Virus record (IMG/VR): IMGVR_UViG_3300016464_000180
Coordinates: 1-43,365 of that record
Direction: 5' to 3' (one strand)
Source: a virus
Lineage: Duplodnaviria; Caudoviricetes
DNA length: 43,365 bases
Both the position numbers and the translations under genes were made by a program. Below are positions 7,482 to 19,100 of the stretch, piece after piece (position 1 is the first letter of the stretch; each line of letters opens with the position of its first letter). The notes beneath the pieces were generated by a model. That model had not been told where the DNA came from and did not search any database. It was given only the letters and a program-made list of their open reading frames with translations.

Positions 7482-7821
7482 GGAAGTCCCCATGACAGAC
7501 CAAGCACATAAGCCTTCTTACGAAGACCTGGAAAGGCAGATTCAGTTTGGCAAGACCCACATGGCAAACCTGGAAAAAGAAGTTGCCAGACTCCAGGGAC
7601 AGCGACCAACCGTTGAGCAGGCCAAGCGTGACATGGAATACTGGAACGACATGTGCCAGCATCTCCGAACGCTACTGAAAGAATCACGTTGGGAACTTGA
7701 GAAGCTGACATCCCTCGTCATTCAGTACATGAAGCGAAGCGAGCTGCGGGACTCGGCTGAGTGGCTTAGCATCCACGACAAACTGGTGTTTCTGACGGGG
7801 GTTGTCCTTGACCCCGAGTGA
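7465..7821 (+). CDS. Hypothetical coiled-coil protein
   Basis: Start may be the ATG at 7492 (AAGGA upstream). Shares 'KP(S/T)YE(D/E)LE' with the preceding gene. Confidence 0.65.
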   Translation: MMPPIKEVPMTDQAHKPSYEDLERQIQFGKTHMANLEKEVARLQGQRPTVEQAKRDMEYWNDMCQHLRTLLKESRWELEKLTSLVIQYMKRSELRDSAEWLSIHDKLVFLTGVVLDPE

Positions 7822-7966
7822 CGATGACATCCGAATGCTGTTGGAAACCTACCGCCACTGCCGCAAGTTCGCGCACGCAGGTGAGGTGGGGACCAACGCA
7901 GTTACGCTAATCGCAGCCCTAGAAGAGCTACTTGAACGGAGGCAGAAAGACCGTGAGCAACACTGA
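7808..7966 (+). CDS. Small hypothetical protein (52 aa, not in ORF track)
   Basis: Manual translation from TTG: MTPSDDDIRMLLETYRHCRKFAHAGEVGTNAVTLIAALEELLERRQKDREQH*; fills the operon gap. Confidence 0.45.
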   Translation: MTPSDDDIRMLLETYRHCRKFAHAGEVGTNAVTLIAALEELLERRQKDREQH

Positions 7967-8051
7967 CAAAAAGGACGCAGCATGGATCGAACTCAAGAAG
8001 AAGGCAGCGAAGAAGCTGGGCCTTATCAAGAAGCCGTCCGCTACGAAGTGA
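7953..8051 (+). CDS. Very small Lys-rich protein (32 aa)
   Basis: GGAGG upstream; MSNTDKKDAAWIELKKKAAKKLGLIKKPSATK*; TGATG coupling to the next ORF. Confidence 0.4.
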   Translation: MSNTDKKDAAWIELKKKAAKKLGLIKKPSATK

Positions 8052-8242
8052 TGGCTCCGTTGGAACGGTGGCTGCTGTATTTCTTTGCAGCAGCCGCCGT
8101 TGCCATGGCGATCTATCGGATCGAGAGTCACCGATCAATACGAAGTCAATTCAGTCCAGGTAACAGTGGCACCCCACTGCCAAGTTCCAGTGGCTGGAAC
8201 AGTAGCTCGCAGAACAAACCCTTCTTGGAACGCAAGAATTAG
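8051..8242 (+). CDS. Small putative membrane protein
   Basis: Hydrophobic WLLYFFAAAAVAMAIY segment; its 3' end overlaps the convergent gene. Confidence 0.35.
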   Translation: MAPLERWLLYFFAAAAVAMAIYRIESHRSIRSQFSPGNSGTPLPSSSGWNSSSQNKPFLERKN

Positions 8243-8794
8243 CGGATGTTCGCCACCTGGATCTGCATGAAACAGATCAATAGGCTGTGCTAAATAGTTT
8301 GTGTTTGCAACAGTTCCGATTGAAAACGCATACTGCCCAATAGGTTGAGCATCAAGCGTCTTTGTTCCGCCAGTAAGTGCAGCAGTTGCAGAGTAGCGTA
8401 TATCATTAACAAGAGTTGACGGCATGGAAGTCTTAGCTTTCATGTTGTTGCTCGTCAGCGTGACGGCTGTTCCGCCACTACCAACAGCCGTCCATCCTCT
8501 AGCAACCCACATTTGGGCGTTGGCAAACCCAGCCGTAAAAGCTGTCGCGCTACCAGAGAACCCGTCTAGTGTAACACTAGTAACAACACACAGCTTGCTG
8601 TTGTCTGCCCACCTAAACTGGAAAATCTCTGAGCCAGCCGCAAGTCCAGCAGCCATCGTGCCACTAATCACGGAGCATCGGTAGCTTCCAAGGCCATTAG
8701 GATCAATGGGCCTAAGAGTGGTTCTAACAGAGCGGTAGGTAGTTCCGTCAACCTCACCGATGACACCAGAATATCCTTGAACCTGAATCGCCAT
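8135..8794 (-). CDS. Putative virion/fibre-associated beta-rich protein
   Basis: 219 aa, rich in Thr/Gly/Ala; last gene of the late operon. Confidence 0.55.
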   Translation of the reverse strand: MAIQVQGYSGVIGEVDGTTYRSVRTTLRPIDPNGLGSYRCSVISGTMAAGLAAGSEIFQFRWADNSKLCVVTSVTLDGFSGSATAFTAGFANAQMWVARGWTAVGSGGTAVTLTSNNMKAKTSMPSTLVNDIRYSATAALTGGTKTLDAQPIGQYAFSIGTVANTNYLAQPIDLFHADPGGEHPLILAFQEGFVLRATVPATGTWQWGATVTWTELTSY

Positions 8795-8797
8795 TTT

Positions 8798-9595
8798 TTA
8801 GCTCCATCTCCAAGCAACAGTCCATTGGCCCCAAATCCTAGTTCCTTCGCCGCCAACACTTGGCATAGCAAAACCAGCTTGGTCGCCAACCTTAGCTCTA
8901 AATCCAACTGTGATCGCACCACTCAGTTGTGACGCAACAGTGTTTGTATTCTTTGCGTAGATTGTAAACCCTGCACCAGCCACAGCTGCACCAGGGATAA
9001 CTTGTATAGTCTCTACCACATGTTCATCTGCGCTGTGGTCTGCTGTGTCAGCAGCAACAAGCCAAGCCTGAACTATGGACGTAGGCCCAATAGACGGCTC
9101 GTAAACCGTGACGGCAGCATCTGACAAACCAGGAAACGCACCAAAGTCAATCGTCGTAGTGCCACTGTTTCCGGTAACGCCTGGGATTGAAGCCCATGTG
9201 CTATCGCCACGCAGGTATGTGGTTGAGTTGGCAGATCCACTGCCAAGTTTTGTTGGATCAACTGGTGAGTTAAGAACGATAGATGTCTCACCACCTGACA
9301 CGGTGATGTCTTCATAGACACCATCGACAACTCCACCTCCGCCACCGCCAGTTGAGTCAATCGTAACGTCAACTGTATCGGTGTCCGAGACATCTGTTCC
9401 CGTAAGAGTGACGTTGGTGCCAGCTACGAAGTTAACGTTGCGCCGCTTGCCAACGATAACTCCATCAACGTAGATACTTTCGCGCGCGTCCGTCAGGCGC
9501 GGGTCATCACCACTGCAAGCCTGATTCGATCCACGGCCCAGACTAACTGGGCCTGGAGTCAAAGGGCTACCGTTTGGGCGAGCGCGAAAGACCAT
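8798..9595 (-). CDS. Putative tail fibre-like protein
   Basis: Fibre-type motifs 'GDDPRLTDAR' and 'STTYLRGDSTW', plus a Gly7 hinge. Confidence 0.55.
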   Translation of the reverse strand: MVFRARPNGSPLTPGPVSLGRGSNQACSGDDPRLTDARESIYVDGVIVGKRRNVNFVAGTNVTLTGTDVSDTDTVDVTIDSTGGGGGGVVDGVYEDITVSGGETSIVLNSPVDPTKLGSGSANSTTYLRGDSTWASIPGVTGNSGTTTIDFGAFPGLSDAAVTVYEPSIGPTSIVQAWLVAADTADHSADEHVVETIQVIPGAAVAGAGFTIYAKNTNTVASQLSGAITVGFRAKVGDQAGFAMPSVGGEGTRIWGQWTVAWRWS

Positions 9596-9912
9596 CAGCT
9601 AACCGTAGGAGTAGTGGTAGTAGGGTTGTCTTGCTGCTTCTTCTTGCCAGCAATGGCAAGGATCAGCGCAGCCAGGAATGGCTTAGCCATCGTCACAAGG
9701 CGAGCCGCAGGCGCAAGGCCCAGCAGAGCCAGGACCGTGGCAATTAGATCCAAAGGATCGCCACCGCCAACCTGCGGAAGCTGCAACGGCGGGGCCGGGA
9801 CAGCCGGATCAGCAGGCGGAACTTGCGGTTCCTGGCTTGCAGCCCAGTTGCGCAGGTATTCGCAGGATGCCAGCGGAGCCAGCACAAGAGCCAACAGAAT
9901 GATCTTCTTCAT
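9595..9912 (-). CDS. Lipoprotein with C-terminal hydrophobic segments (u-spanin-like architecture)
   Basis: Lipobox MKKIILLALVLAPLAS|C, a Pro-rich linker, then hydrophobic helices. Confidence 0.55.
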   Translation of the reverse strand: MKKIILLALVLAPLASCEYLRNWAASQEPQVPPADPAVPAPPLQLPQVGGGDPLDLIATVLALLGLAPAARLVTMAKPFLAALILAIAGKKKQQDNPTTTTPTVS

Positions 9913-10190
9913 CGTTGTTCAACCTTAGTTTCAACTCGGGTGATTCGCTGTAGCACTTCGGCCCGCATGGCTTCCACGCTGTTACGAAGCTGCCGTAGTT
10001 CCTCAAGCACAGCACGCACTCCCTGACGGTCGGATTCAATCTGCTGCGCCAGCATGTTGACCTTGCCAGATAATTCGTGAATGTCTTGTCTGGTCTGGAA
10101 GGCCCAACCTATGCCTGGAAGAACGACCGCTGTGCAGCAAACACTTGCCACTTTGATCCAGCGGTCCCAATTTTGATTAGAAAGTGCCAT
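9909..10190 (-). CDS. Single-TM coiled-coil protein (holin or i-spanin-like)
   Basis: N-terminal TM segment (VASVCCTAVVLPGIGWAF) plus coiled coil; overlaps the lipoprotein gene start. Confidence 0.5.
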   Translation of the reverse strand: MALSNQNWDRWIKVASVCCTAVVLPGIGWAFQTRQDIHELSGKVNMLAQQIESDRQGVRAVLEELRQLRNSVEAMRAEVLQRITRVETKVEQR

Positions 10191-10195
10191 GGCGA

Positions 10196-13100
10196 TTACC
10201 TGTTCGTCGGAACTCCAGTCCCGGTCGCCAAACCTCTGGTGTATTCCACAAACTCAGGGAGATACGAATTCCTTGACGAGTAGAAGCCACGGTCCTCGTC
10301 AAGCATGTAACTGGTCGGGCGGGCCAGCACGCTGGTGGGGATGCCAGAGATCATAGCAATAAACGTCGCCCAATCCTTAACGTCTTGGCCACGGATCTCA
10401 CGGCCAGGATCGGTTATGAGATCGTAGACGCTGGCCAAGCCACGGCGCGAGGCCTCAAACGCCCCGAACACAGGAGTCGTTCCCAGCCTGTCGTTGTATC
10501 GCTTGTTGTCAAACGAGTTGATCGCAAGGTTGGCAACCGCACCAATCTGAGGCAGACCACCAGCCACGCCCGAGAGCGGAGCCAGGACCAGCGTGCGGAA
10601 CCAAGTCTCACTCACACCGTCCATGTCCTCGTCATCGCCAATCTCGCCACGCATCGTCTCCGAGATCAGGTTGCCAATGGCCAGCGGCAGATACAGACCG
10701 AAGAACACCAGCCCCATAACCCTGGGGCTAGCGCGCAACATGCCCATGTCTTGCACCAGCGTGCGCGCCTTCCAGCCTGCCGCGTTCATCATCACGATGA
10801 ACACCGTCTGGAACTGCGTGAACAACTGCGCCCAGACCGTGCCAGCTTCCGCCGTGCTAAGATCCTCAGCAAAGCTGCCGCCCTGAGTTAGACGGACGAT
10901 GCTGTCCGCGTCAGCCGCAGCGATCTTCTGAGCTTCCTCAATCGACAGGCCACGGCCCTTCTTCTCCATCGCCTCGTTGAACGCACCAATCCAGGTGATG
11001 CTGTCCACGATGTTTTGCGCGCCAGCCTGGAGAACCATTCCGTTGTTCAACGCCCACTTCTGGAAGTTCTTGTAGGCGTTGGGACTACGGACAACTTCCT
11101 CAAGCTGGTTCATCATCTCGGTCATCTGGTTGTCGAACTTCTCGGCCATGGCCGGAGAAAGGTCCGAGATGAACTTGCGCGCAGCCTTGGGATCCTTGCC
11201 CCAGATCACCAAAGCCTTCGCCAACTGAGCCTTGGGAACTCGGGTCGAGGACACGGACAACCCCGTGAACTGCTGGAACATAACGTTGAGACTCAGAGCC
11301 AGCTTGTCCAAGCCAACGTTGCGGCGGATGCGCCGGACGATCTTGTCCAGCGGGTTGTTCGTAGGAGTCTGCGTAAGCTGACGCACCGTGCGCCCCATCC
11401 ACGGGATGAACACGTTGCGCATGATCGCTGGGTCATACGCATTCAACGCGCCCTGCAAATCTTCCTGGGTGAACACCTTGGAGAGATCATGCAAGATCGG
11501 CTGGAGATGCGTGTAGAACAGCACATCACGGATGTGCATGGGCAGGCTGTTGATGTTGGTTACACGCGGCAGCGCACCCTTCTTGACACGCTCCTTGGTA
11601 AACCCATCACGGGCCTTGGGCATACCATTGGTGAACTGCTCGTTAGCCTGCGCCTTCAGTTCCATGATGTCCCCGATAGGCGTGGCATCCTTGTCCACCG
11701 CTGCCGGGACGTAGCCACCACGAAACGTTCCCAGGCTGTTCACAATCTGGCCATGCTTGACCAGCTTCATGTTATACCCGTTGACGCGGTAGAACGCCTT
11801 GATAGCACCAGGGGTTAGCTGGTCCATCAACTCGAAGATCTGCTCAGCAGCCTTAAAGTGCTGCTCAGTCAAGACCTTCTCCTTAATCATGCGCTCGATG
11901 AAGTTGCGCAGATCGGTCGTATCGAGGTTGCCCTCATCATCATACTTACCCCAAGTCTGCTGGGGATCGTTGACGCGGGTCTTACCCATCACCAACTTCT
12001 CCAAGTTCTCAGGGTTGCCCATGTGCAGGACCACATGCAACAATTCCGAGATCAGAGGGTTGTTGGGATCCTCACCAAAGACATGACCACCAAGCTCAGT
12101 AGCAACAATCTTCTGCCCATGGCGCATGTCAATGTTGGCCAGGATGCCGGACAGTTGCTTGATCTTCTGTGCAAACTCACCACGGGCCTTGACCGCGTTA
12201 TCCTTGACCCAGCGATAGACCAGCAACTGCCACTCGCCTACCTGCTGGCCGTCAAGGTGTTCCATGACATGCTCCGCCCTGGAGGCTAGAGCCGCGTAGC
12301 TCATAATCCCCGAGGCAGACTTGCCAGCCCCAACGGGCTTGTCCATGCGGTCCAGAACCTTGGCCGTAAGCGCAGCCGAGACTTCCTCGACCGAACGCTT
12401 CTGGCCACCAAGCTCCACCACCCGCTCATCGGCAGAACGGTTCCACAGCCCCTTGATGCGATCCATCAACTGCTGCATCTGTTCAACCGTAAGCTCACGG
12501 TAGAGCGGGCCAACTCGGTTGCGCTTGCTGCGACCAGCCGCAGCCCCACGCTTCTGGGCCTGCTGGCTGATCTTCGTCGCCTGCTGCGTAGCCTCAGACA
12601 GCAACTGCTCAACCTGGGTAGCAAGCTCAGGCGCGTAGATCCGCATTGCCTTGACCGCTTCGGTCACAGCCTCAACCTGCTTTTCCGTGCCGAAGCCAAA
12701 CGCAGCCGCGACACCACGGGCCGCGATAGCCATGTTGAAGTCCCGGCTCTTGGCCATGTCCGCACGGCTCATGCGGAACATGTCCTGGATCAACTCCTTG
12801 AAGCTGTCCATTTCCTGCTGGAACGCGGTAGCCTGCTCAGCCATCGCAGCCTGAGTTAGCTCGCCACGCTTCTGCTCAATCGCTTCCAAGCTCTGGCCAC
12901 GGGCCAACGCCTGCGTGGTTCCACGACGGCGCATACGGGCGTTAGCTTCAAAGTAACTGGGCAAGGCATCCTTGACCAAGGTCTTGCCGATTAGCTCAAT
13001 AGCGACCTCCTGGGCCGCGCGCATGATCGTGGCAACCGTGGTCCTAGGCCCTTCCGCCAGACGCTCAGCCTTGCGGATGTGCTTGTTCAGTTGCTTCAGG

Positions 13101-16100
13101 TTGCTGTTAATCTCAGCAAGGCGACCCTTGTTCTGGCCCTCGACAGCCGAAAGCTCAGCCTGCAACGCGGTCATCCGCGCACCATCGTCCGTAGGCTTAC
13201 GCTTCTCCTTGGTGATCTGCTTCTTGATGTCAGTTTCCTTCTGACGCAAGGCATCACGCTCCTCACGGAAAGACTTCTCCGTGTTGAGCAGGCTCTCCAG
13301 TTCCTTCTGCGCCTCCTGCATCTCAGCCATCAACTGCGGCTGGCCTGCGTCAGACTCCTTGCGCAGATTGCGGTCCAGCCCACGAAGCTCGATGGCCACC
13401 ATCTTCTGGCGCATCTTGCTGGAAAGCTGGGCACTGATCTCCTTCTGGATCTTCTTGGGGTCCAGGAGGTGCTTGTATTGCGCCTTCATCTCAGCATCAA
13501 CCAACTCAGAAACCTCAGTCTCCAGAGTAGGCGCGTTCAGCAACTCCATCACCATGCTCTTGGCATCGCTGTAGCCAAGGACCGTAGCAAGCTGGTCCGG
13601 GTCCACACCCTTGCTGTAGAGCATCCCAGTCTTGCCAGTGCCAAGCTCAGCCTCAACACGGGCCAAATTCTCCGGCTCGTCCTTGAACAACTCGCGGACC
13701 ATCTTGAGGTTCAACCGAGACTCGGACATCTCGATGACCGCTGCGGTTTCACCGTTGGTCATCTTGCCAGTGCGGATCAACGCACGGGCCTGATGGACAC
13801 GCTTGCGCTCAATCTCAGGCTGGATGCGCTTGGCAATCTCGTTGCGCTGCTTATCCACCTTCTCCTTGTGCGCGCGCAGCATCCGCATGTTCTTGCTGCT
13901 GAGCCACTCCATGCCACGGATGGTCTGCTCCGTAAGCTCGTCCGTAAGCTCGCCACCCATGCGGCTCTGCAACCGGAGAATCTCCAGCCATTCAGCCTCA
14001 GTGTTGCCCAAGGCAAGCCACTGCTCCTTGGTCATGTGCAGCGACATCAGGCTTTGGAAGTCCTGGTTCAAAGCGATCTGCTCATCCGTGGCCAACATGC
14101 GGTTCATCACTTCCGCGACCTCGGTCGTAAGGATGGGCAAGTCCTCCACAGGCTTACCAAGCTCCTGGAGTTCCTGACGGTAGGCAAGGTTCAACCGCGT
14201 GCGGATGTTGGTCCATGCCTGAGTCAGCCAACGACGGAACTGACGGAAGATGCCACGAAGCTCACGCGACGGGGCTTCTTCGCCAGAGATGAAGCCTTCA
14301 AAGTTGTAGGCCCAGCGTTCGTGGCGCACCGCGCGGTCTTCAGGAGACAGCGCGTTCCACTCGTCAAAGCTCTTGAGTCCAAACCACTTCAGCAGCGTCT
14401 GGGCATCGGCCACGATCTGCTGAGGAACGTTGGCAGTCTGCGCATCACGCATGAGCATGTGCAGCCAGATGTGGCTCATCTCATGCAGGAACGTGCTGAA
14501 GGTTGCATCCTTGGTCAACGTGATCTCCATGGTGGAGAGGTTGACGGTGCCAGCGATGTCTGCGGTTCGGCTGTAACGAATGTCTGGCGACTCTGCCTGG
14601 AATCGCTGCGACAATGAGATGACGTTGCCATCGTCGCCGCGAGTAACAACATCGGATGACTTAATCTGATCGGGAGAAAACACCACCTTGATGTCATCAA
14701 GGGGGCCACCATCGTAGGTGTTTTTGATTATAACGCTGTCGTGACCATTGGCTTGAGCCTCGCGGATAATGTCATAATAGGTTTTGTCACGATACTTCTG
14801 GCCCTTTTGATCGTGAATCAAAGGATTTCGCATTCGTAGCTTGACGCGAATCGTGGCAACATCGGTAACGGATTCAAACTCCGTCTCCCCAATGCTTCTA
14901 TCAAGCGCATTGCGAGCCCGCTCTACAGCCTGCAACACTTCGGCTTCATTGCTGGCCTCGTCTGCGTTGAACTCGACATCATCGAGCACTTCGTTGGCGT
15001 ATCGATAAATACGCTCAACAAAAGCGTCTGGATCAAGCTCATCCATAGAGTCCGCCGAGAAAGCTTCGTCTCCAAGGTCGCGCTCAAAATCCAGGTCTTT
15101 GGACACTCCGGGAGGAACGACATCAAAAACATCGGCAAATGCCGACCGAGCCGCGCTCGAAATATCCGATGATGATTCTTGGTTAAGAGTTTTTTGGCCA
15201 TAAGCGCGAGCTGTTTTCTCTGAGCCAAAAAAGAACCCTAACGAAGCACTAGCTGCGCCAGTGTTTTTCCCGCGCATGGAGGGATCAAACCTTCCTCCCT
15301 CCAAAACGCCAAGTGCCAGACCATGCTCGCCATCTTCATTAAACCCAGCAGCCTTAGCCGCAGCGTCAACCATCTCCTGCGCTGCCTTCATGTCGCCACG
15401 GTTAACAGCATCTAGGTAGGCTGCATCGTTGGATGCAGTGGCTCGGCTACGAAGTGTGTCTTTACCAATCGGCAAAGTTTCAGTAGCCGAAACCTGATCC
15501 CCATTTAGATCAGTCCACTTAGGCTTAACCCATACTTCAGTTTTAGTAACTTTTCCAATAGCCGCTTTTTTAAGAAGCGAAATCAATCGCTTATGCTTTA
15601 CGTTGCCAGATTCTGTGAAATAGAAAACATCTCCAGCATCTAAGTCGCGCGGCTGCTGAAGACCAAAATCCATTAGTTCAATAAGTTCAAATTCTTCATC
15701 GTCGGATAGTTTGCTCCTGTTGAGGACTTGGTTGTTCATCAACCCTTTACCTCCAACGGTGTATCTAATACCTTTGATATATCCGTCTGGAGGAGTAGCA
15801 GTGGCTCGGCTAAACAGCTTTTCGCTCTTCTTGCCGTAGACTGGATTCTTGGCCAAGACAAGAGGCCCAACCTGGAGAACCATCTCTGCCTTGTCAATCG
15901 GCTCGCCAGTCTTGCGGTCCCAGAAGTAGCTGTGGATCTCAGGGTTGAAACCAACCTGCACCCACTCAGGGCTGTTCAAGACTTCCTTGGCCATCGCCTG
16001 GACTTCTTCAGCCGTCATGGGTTGCTTGTCACCGTTGACAACAGCGGTCCAGTCTTTTGTTGTCTTTGCCTGCGCGATGTCAAAAGACTTTTGTTCGCGC

Positions 16101-19100
16101 GAAGCAAAAGTAACGTTGTTAATGGCAACCGCGTTGGTGTAGGCAAAAGGCCCGCGGACGTTTGCACTACCACCCTTAGTAGCTTCGTGAACAGCTACAA
16201 CCCAAGTCTTGTGAAACTGCCACGAAGGAATGTCAAGACGAAGAGCAACGCGCATCCCGTCTTTAATGGTGTCAACCTTGGCAATCTTGGTTTTATCAAG
16301 CCTGCCAACCTTCATCATGGCATCAACGGTTGTGAGGCTTGGGACTTCAGCAAATTCCTTAACAGGCCTCAAGCGAGCAACGGTTGCATCCCATTGGTCG
16401 CGGGTGATCTTTCCAACTGCCAGCTTACGAGCTTCACGCTGAAGTTCCGTAAGCCCTTCTTGGCCAAGAAAAGCTGCCAACTCTTTGGCGTTATACTTAG
16501 ATACGTCTTGTTGCTTCCTCTGCTTCTTTGGCTTTTGCTCCGTTGCCTTAACTTGCTTATTGGCAGCGATAACTTCAAAGCCATATTCCATGCGGATGGC
16601 GTTGATCGCTTTCAGTGCTGGTTCAAAAGCACCAAGATCCGAAGCCGTTTTGATCTCTTCGTCAAAGGCTACATCGTAAAGCTCTTGATCGGTTGGTGCC
16701 CTTCCAAGCTCAGGGAACATCTGAGCATCAAGGTCCAAGCCTAGCTTATTCAGCCTGTCCAACATGCCTTCCAGCTTGGGAAGGTTTTGATCTGGACCGT
16801 AAGCCAAGTAGGTGCCATCAACTGTGCCAGCACCAACTTGCTGCGCAGGCCCAGCAATTCGTTCGTTGGTGTTGACTCGCCCCATGTGGATGGGGATGCC
16901 ACGATTCTGAGCCTCGACAAACAGTTTGCCCCATGCGGCAGTCTTTTCTGCGGAATCAAACTTTCCGATCTTCCAATCGGTTGATCCGCCGATGAACAAC
17001 ACATCGACCAAATCCCACTGGATCTGATCCATCATGTTCTCAAGCCCGTCTTGAGCAGCTAGGGCAACAGGCAGGCCTTGAGACTTGATCCAAGCTGCCC
17101 ACTCGGGAAACTTGGCAAGAGTGGCCGCTGCATCACCAACAACGTCTGGTGCAACGACGAACAACGTCTTGCTCTTGTTGCTTGGATTCGCAGCAATAGT
17201 CTCTACGAGCTTGCGGAACTTGCTCTCACTAAACGGAATAGTTTTGCTAAATACCCCGTTGTCAACCGCGATGAAGCCGTAGTTCTCAGTCTTGTTAACG
17301 TAGCTAGGTATCAAGGGCGTAATCAGAAGACCGATGTCGCCTCGTTCTTTAGCCCTTGCAGCGATGTTATCGTTGTGCTTGCCACTGATGTATCCAGTGC
17401 CAAGACTGTTGGGATTGCCCTGACCTGGAACCTTGTCCCAGGCATCAAGCCCAGGCTTGCGAGTCCAACCTGTATCTTGCTGTTTCTTCTGAGAAATCAG
17501 CTTGCTAGGCTCAAGCTCGTAACGCCATCCGCCGTAGGTTCCGCGTTCAGAAGCTTTCCTACGCCAGACGGCAGTCTTGCCATCTTCTTCGATCTTGCCA
17601 ATAGCATATTGCCAAGCATCGCTTCCGTTGGGAACGGATTGCCATGGCACTTCTGTTCCTTCGACTCCATCGACAAACAGCTTTAGCGGAGCAGCTTCTT
17701 GTTCTTGCTGCTGCTGTTGCTCTTGCACCTGCTGAATCTCTTCTTCAGCAGCTTGCAGGACTTCTTCCGCGATCTGCTCAACCGTAGGGATGACCGGATC
17801 GGCAGCTTGCTCAGGTGCAACCTCAGGCTCTACCTCAGGCACAGCAGGTTCAATCTGCTGCTCCTTCGCCTGCTCTTGCAGCAGGTAGTTGTTCGTATAC
17901 TGCGCCCAAGCCAGCAGGTTCTTGTATTCGTCACTCTCTCGATCCATGCCCTCCAGCAAGGTCTTAGCCTTGTCTAGATCCTGCTCTAGCTCTTCCAGGT
18001 AGGCTTCGCGCGTCAGGCCACGGACACGTTCCGATTCCGTCTTGAGATCAGCCTCCAGGCGCACAAGCTCTTCCTGGCGCACATCAACGCCCTGCAACCG
18101 CTTGGCAGCAGCCGTGCTGAGCGGAGTCTTAGACGCGGCAGACTCCTGGTCAAAAAGCTGCTTGGTGATGCTCTGCCGTTGCGAGTCCTGTTGGAACTTC
18201 AGGCTTTCCGGGGCCACCAGTTCCGTGACCTCTTCCTCAGCCTGCGGGGCCGCTTCAGGCTCAGATTCCTGCTGCGGCTGGGCAGGAGCCGCTTCCTTCG
18301 GCTGCTCCGTGGTGACGGTAGGTTGTGGCGATTGGACTACCGGGGCTGGCTGCTCAGCAAACTTGATCTGCTGGCCCTTTGACTTCGGACCAGTGATCGT
18401 AAACTCATCCTGCTTGTAAGCATCAATGATGCTCATCGGGGCACCTTCCGTGCCCATGCGCTCCGCGCGCACCGCGTAGTAGTCAGCCGTGACCTGGGCC
18501 AAGAACCGACGCTGCTGCCCCGTGTATTGCGGGACCACCTCCAGCTTGCGCTCGATGTCGCGCCTCACCTGATCGTATTGCTTGACATACTTCTGGCCAC
18601 GGCGGGCCTGGATGGACATGGATTGCGTGCGCAACTGCTCCGCAACCATGCGCTGCTTCTGGGCTTCCTCCCATGAAATGCCCGTGTCGCCATCCATCCC
18701 CTCGTCAACAATGCGGCCACGCTTGAGCAGTTCCGTGTGCAGCCCAAACTCGCCACGGGCCATCAGGGCTACGTCTGCCACGCTGATGCGGATGTCCGCA
18801 CCAGTCTTGTCCGCAGCATCCAGTTGCTTGGCAAGATCCGGGAACCTGTCCCGGATGGCCACAACGAAGTCCGACTGCTTCAGGCTGGCATCCTGCTTTT
18901 GCGCTCGCGCGTAAAGCGCAGCCATGGCTTCATCGAACTGCTTGCGGTTTAGAACAAGCTCCGCCATGCCGTTCTTCTCGGCAAGCTCAGCCACCTGATC
19001 CGAGTAGGCATCCGGTGCCAGCCTGGACACATCGGTCCCACGGGTGAGATCAATCGTGTTCATCAAGGCTTGCGCGCGGCCCTCAGCCCGCGACAGCCGG

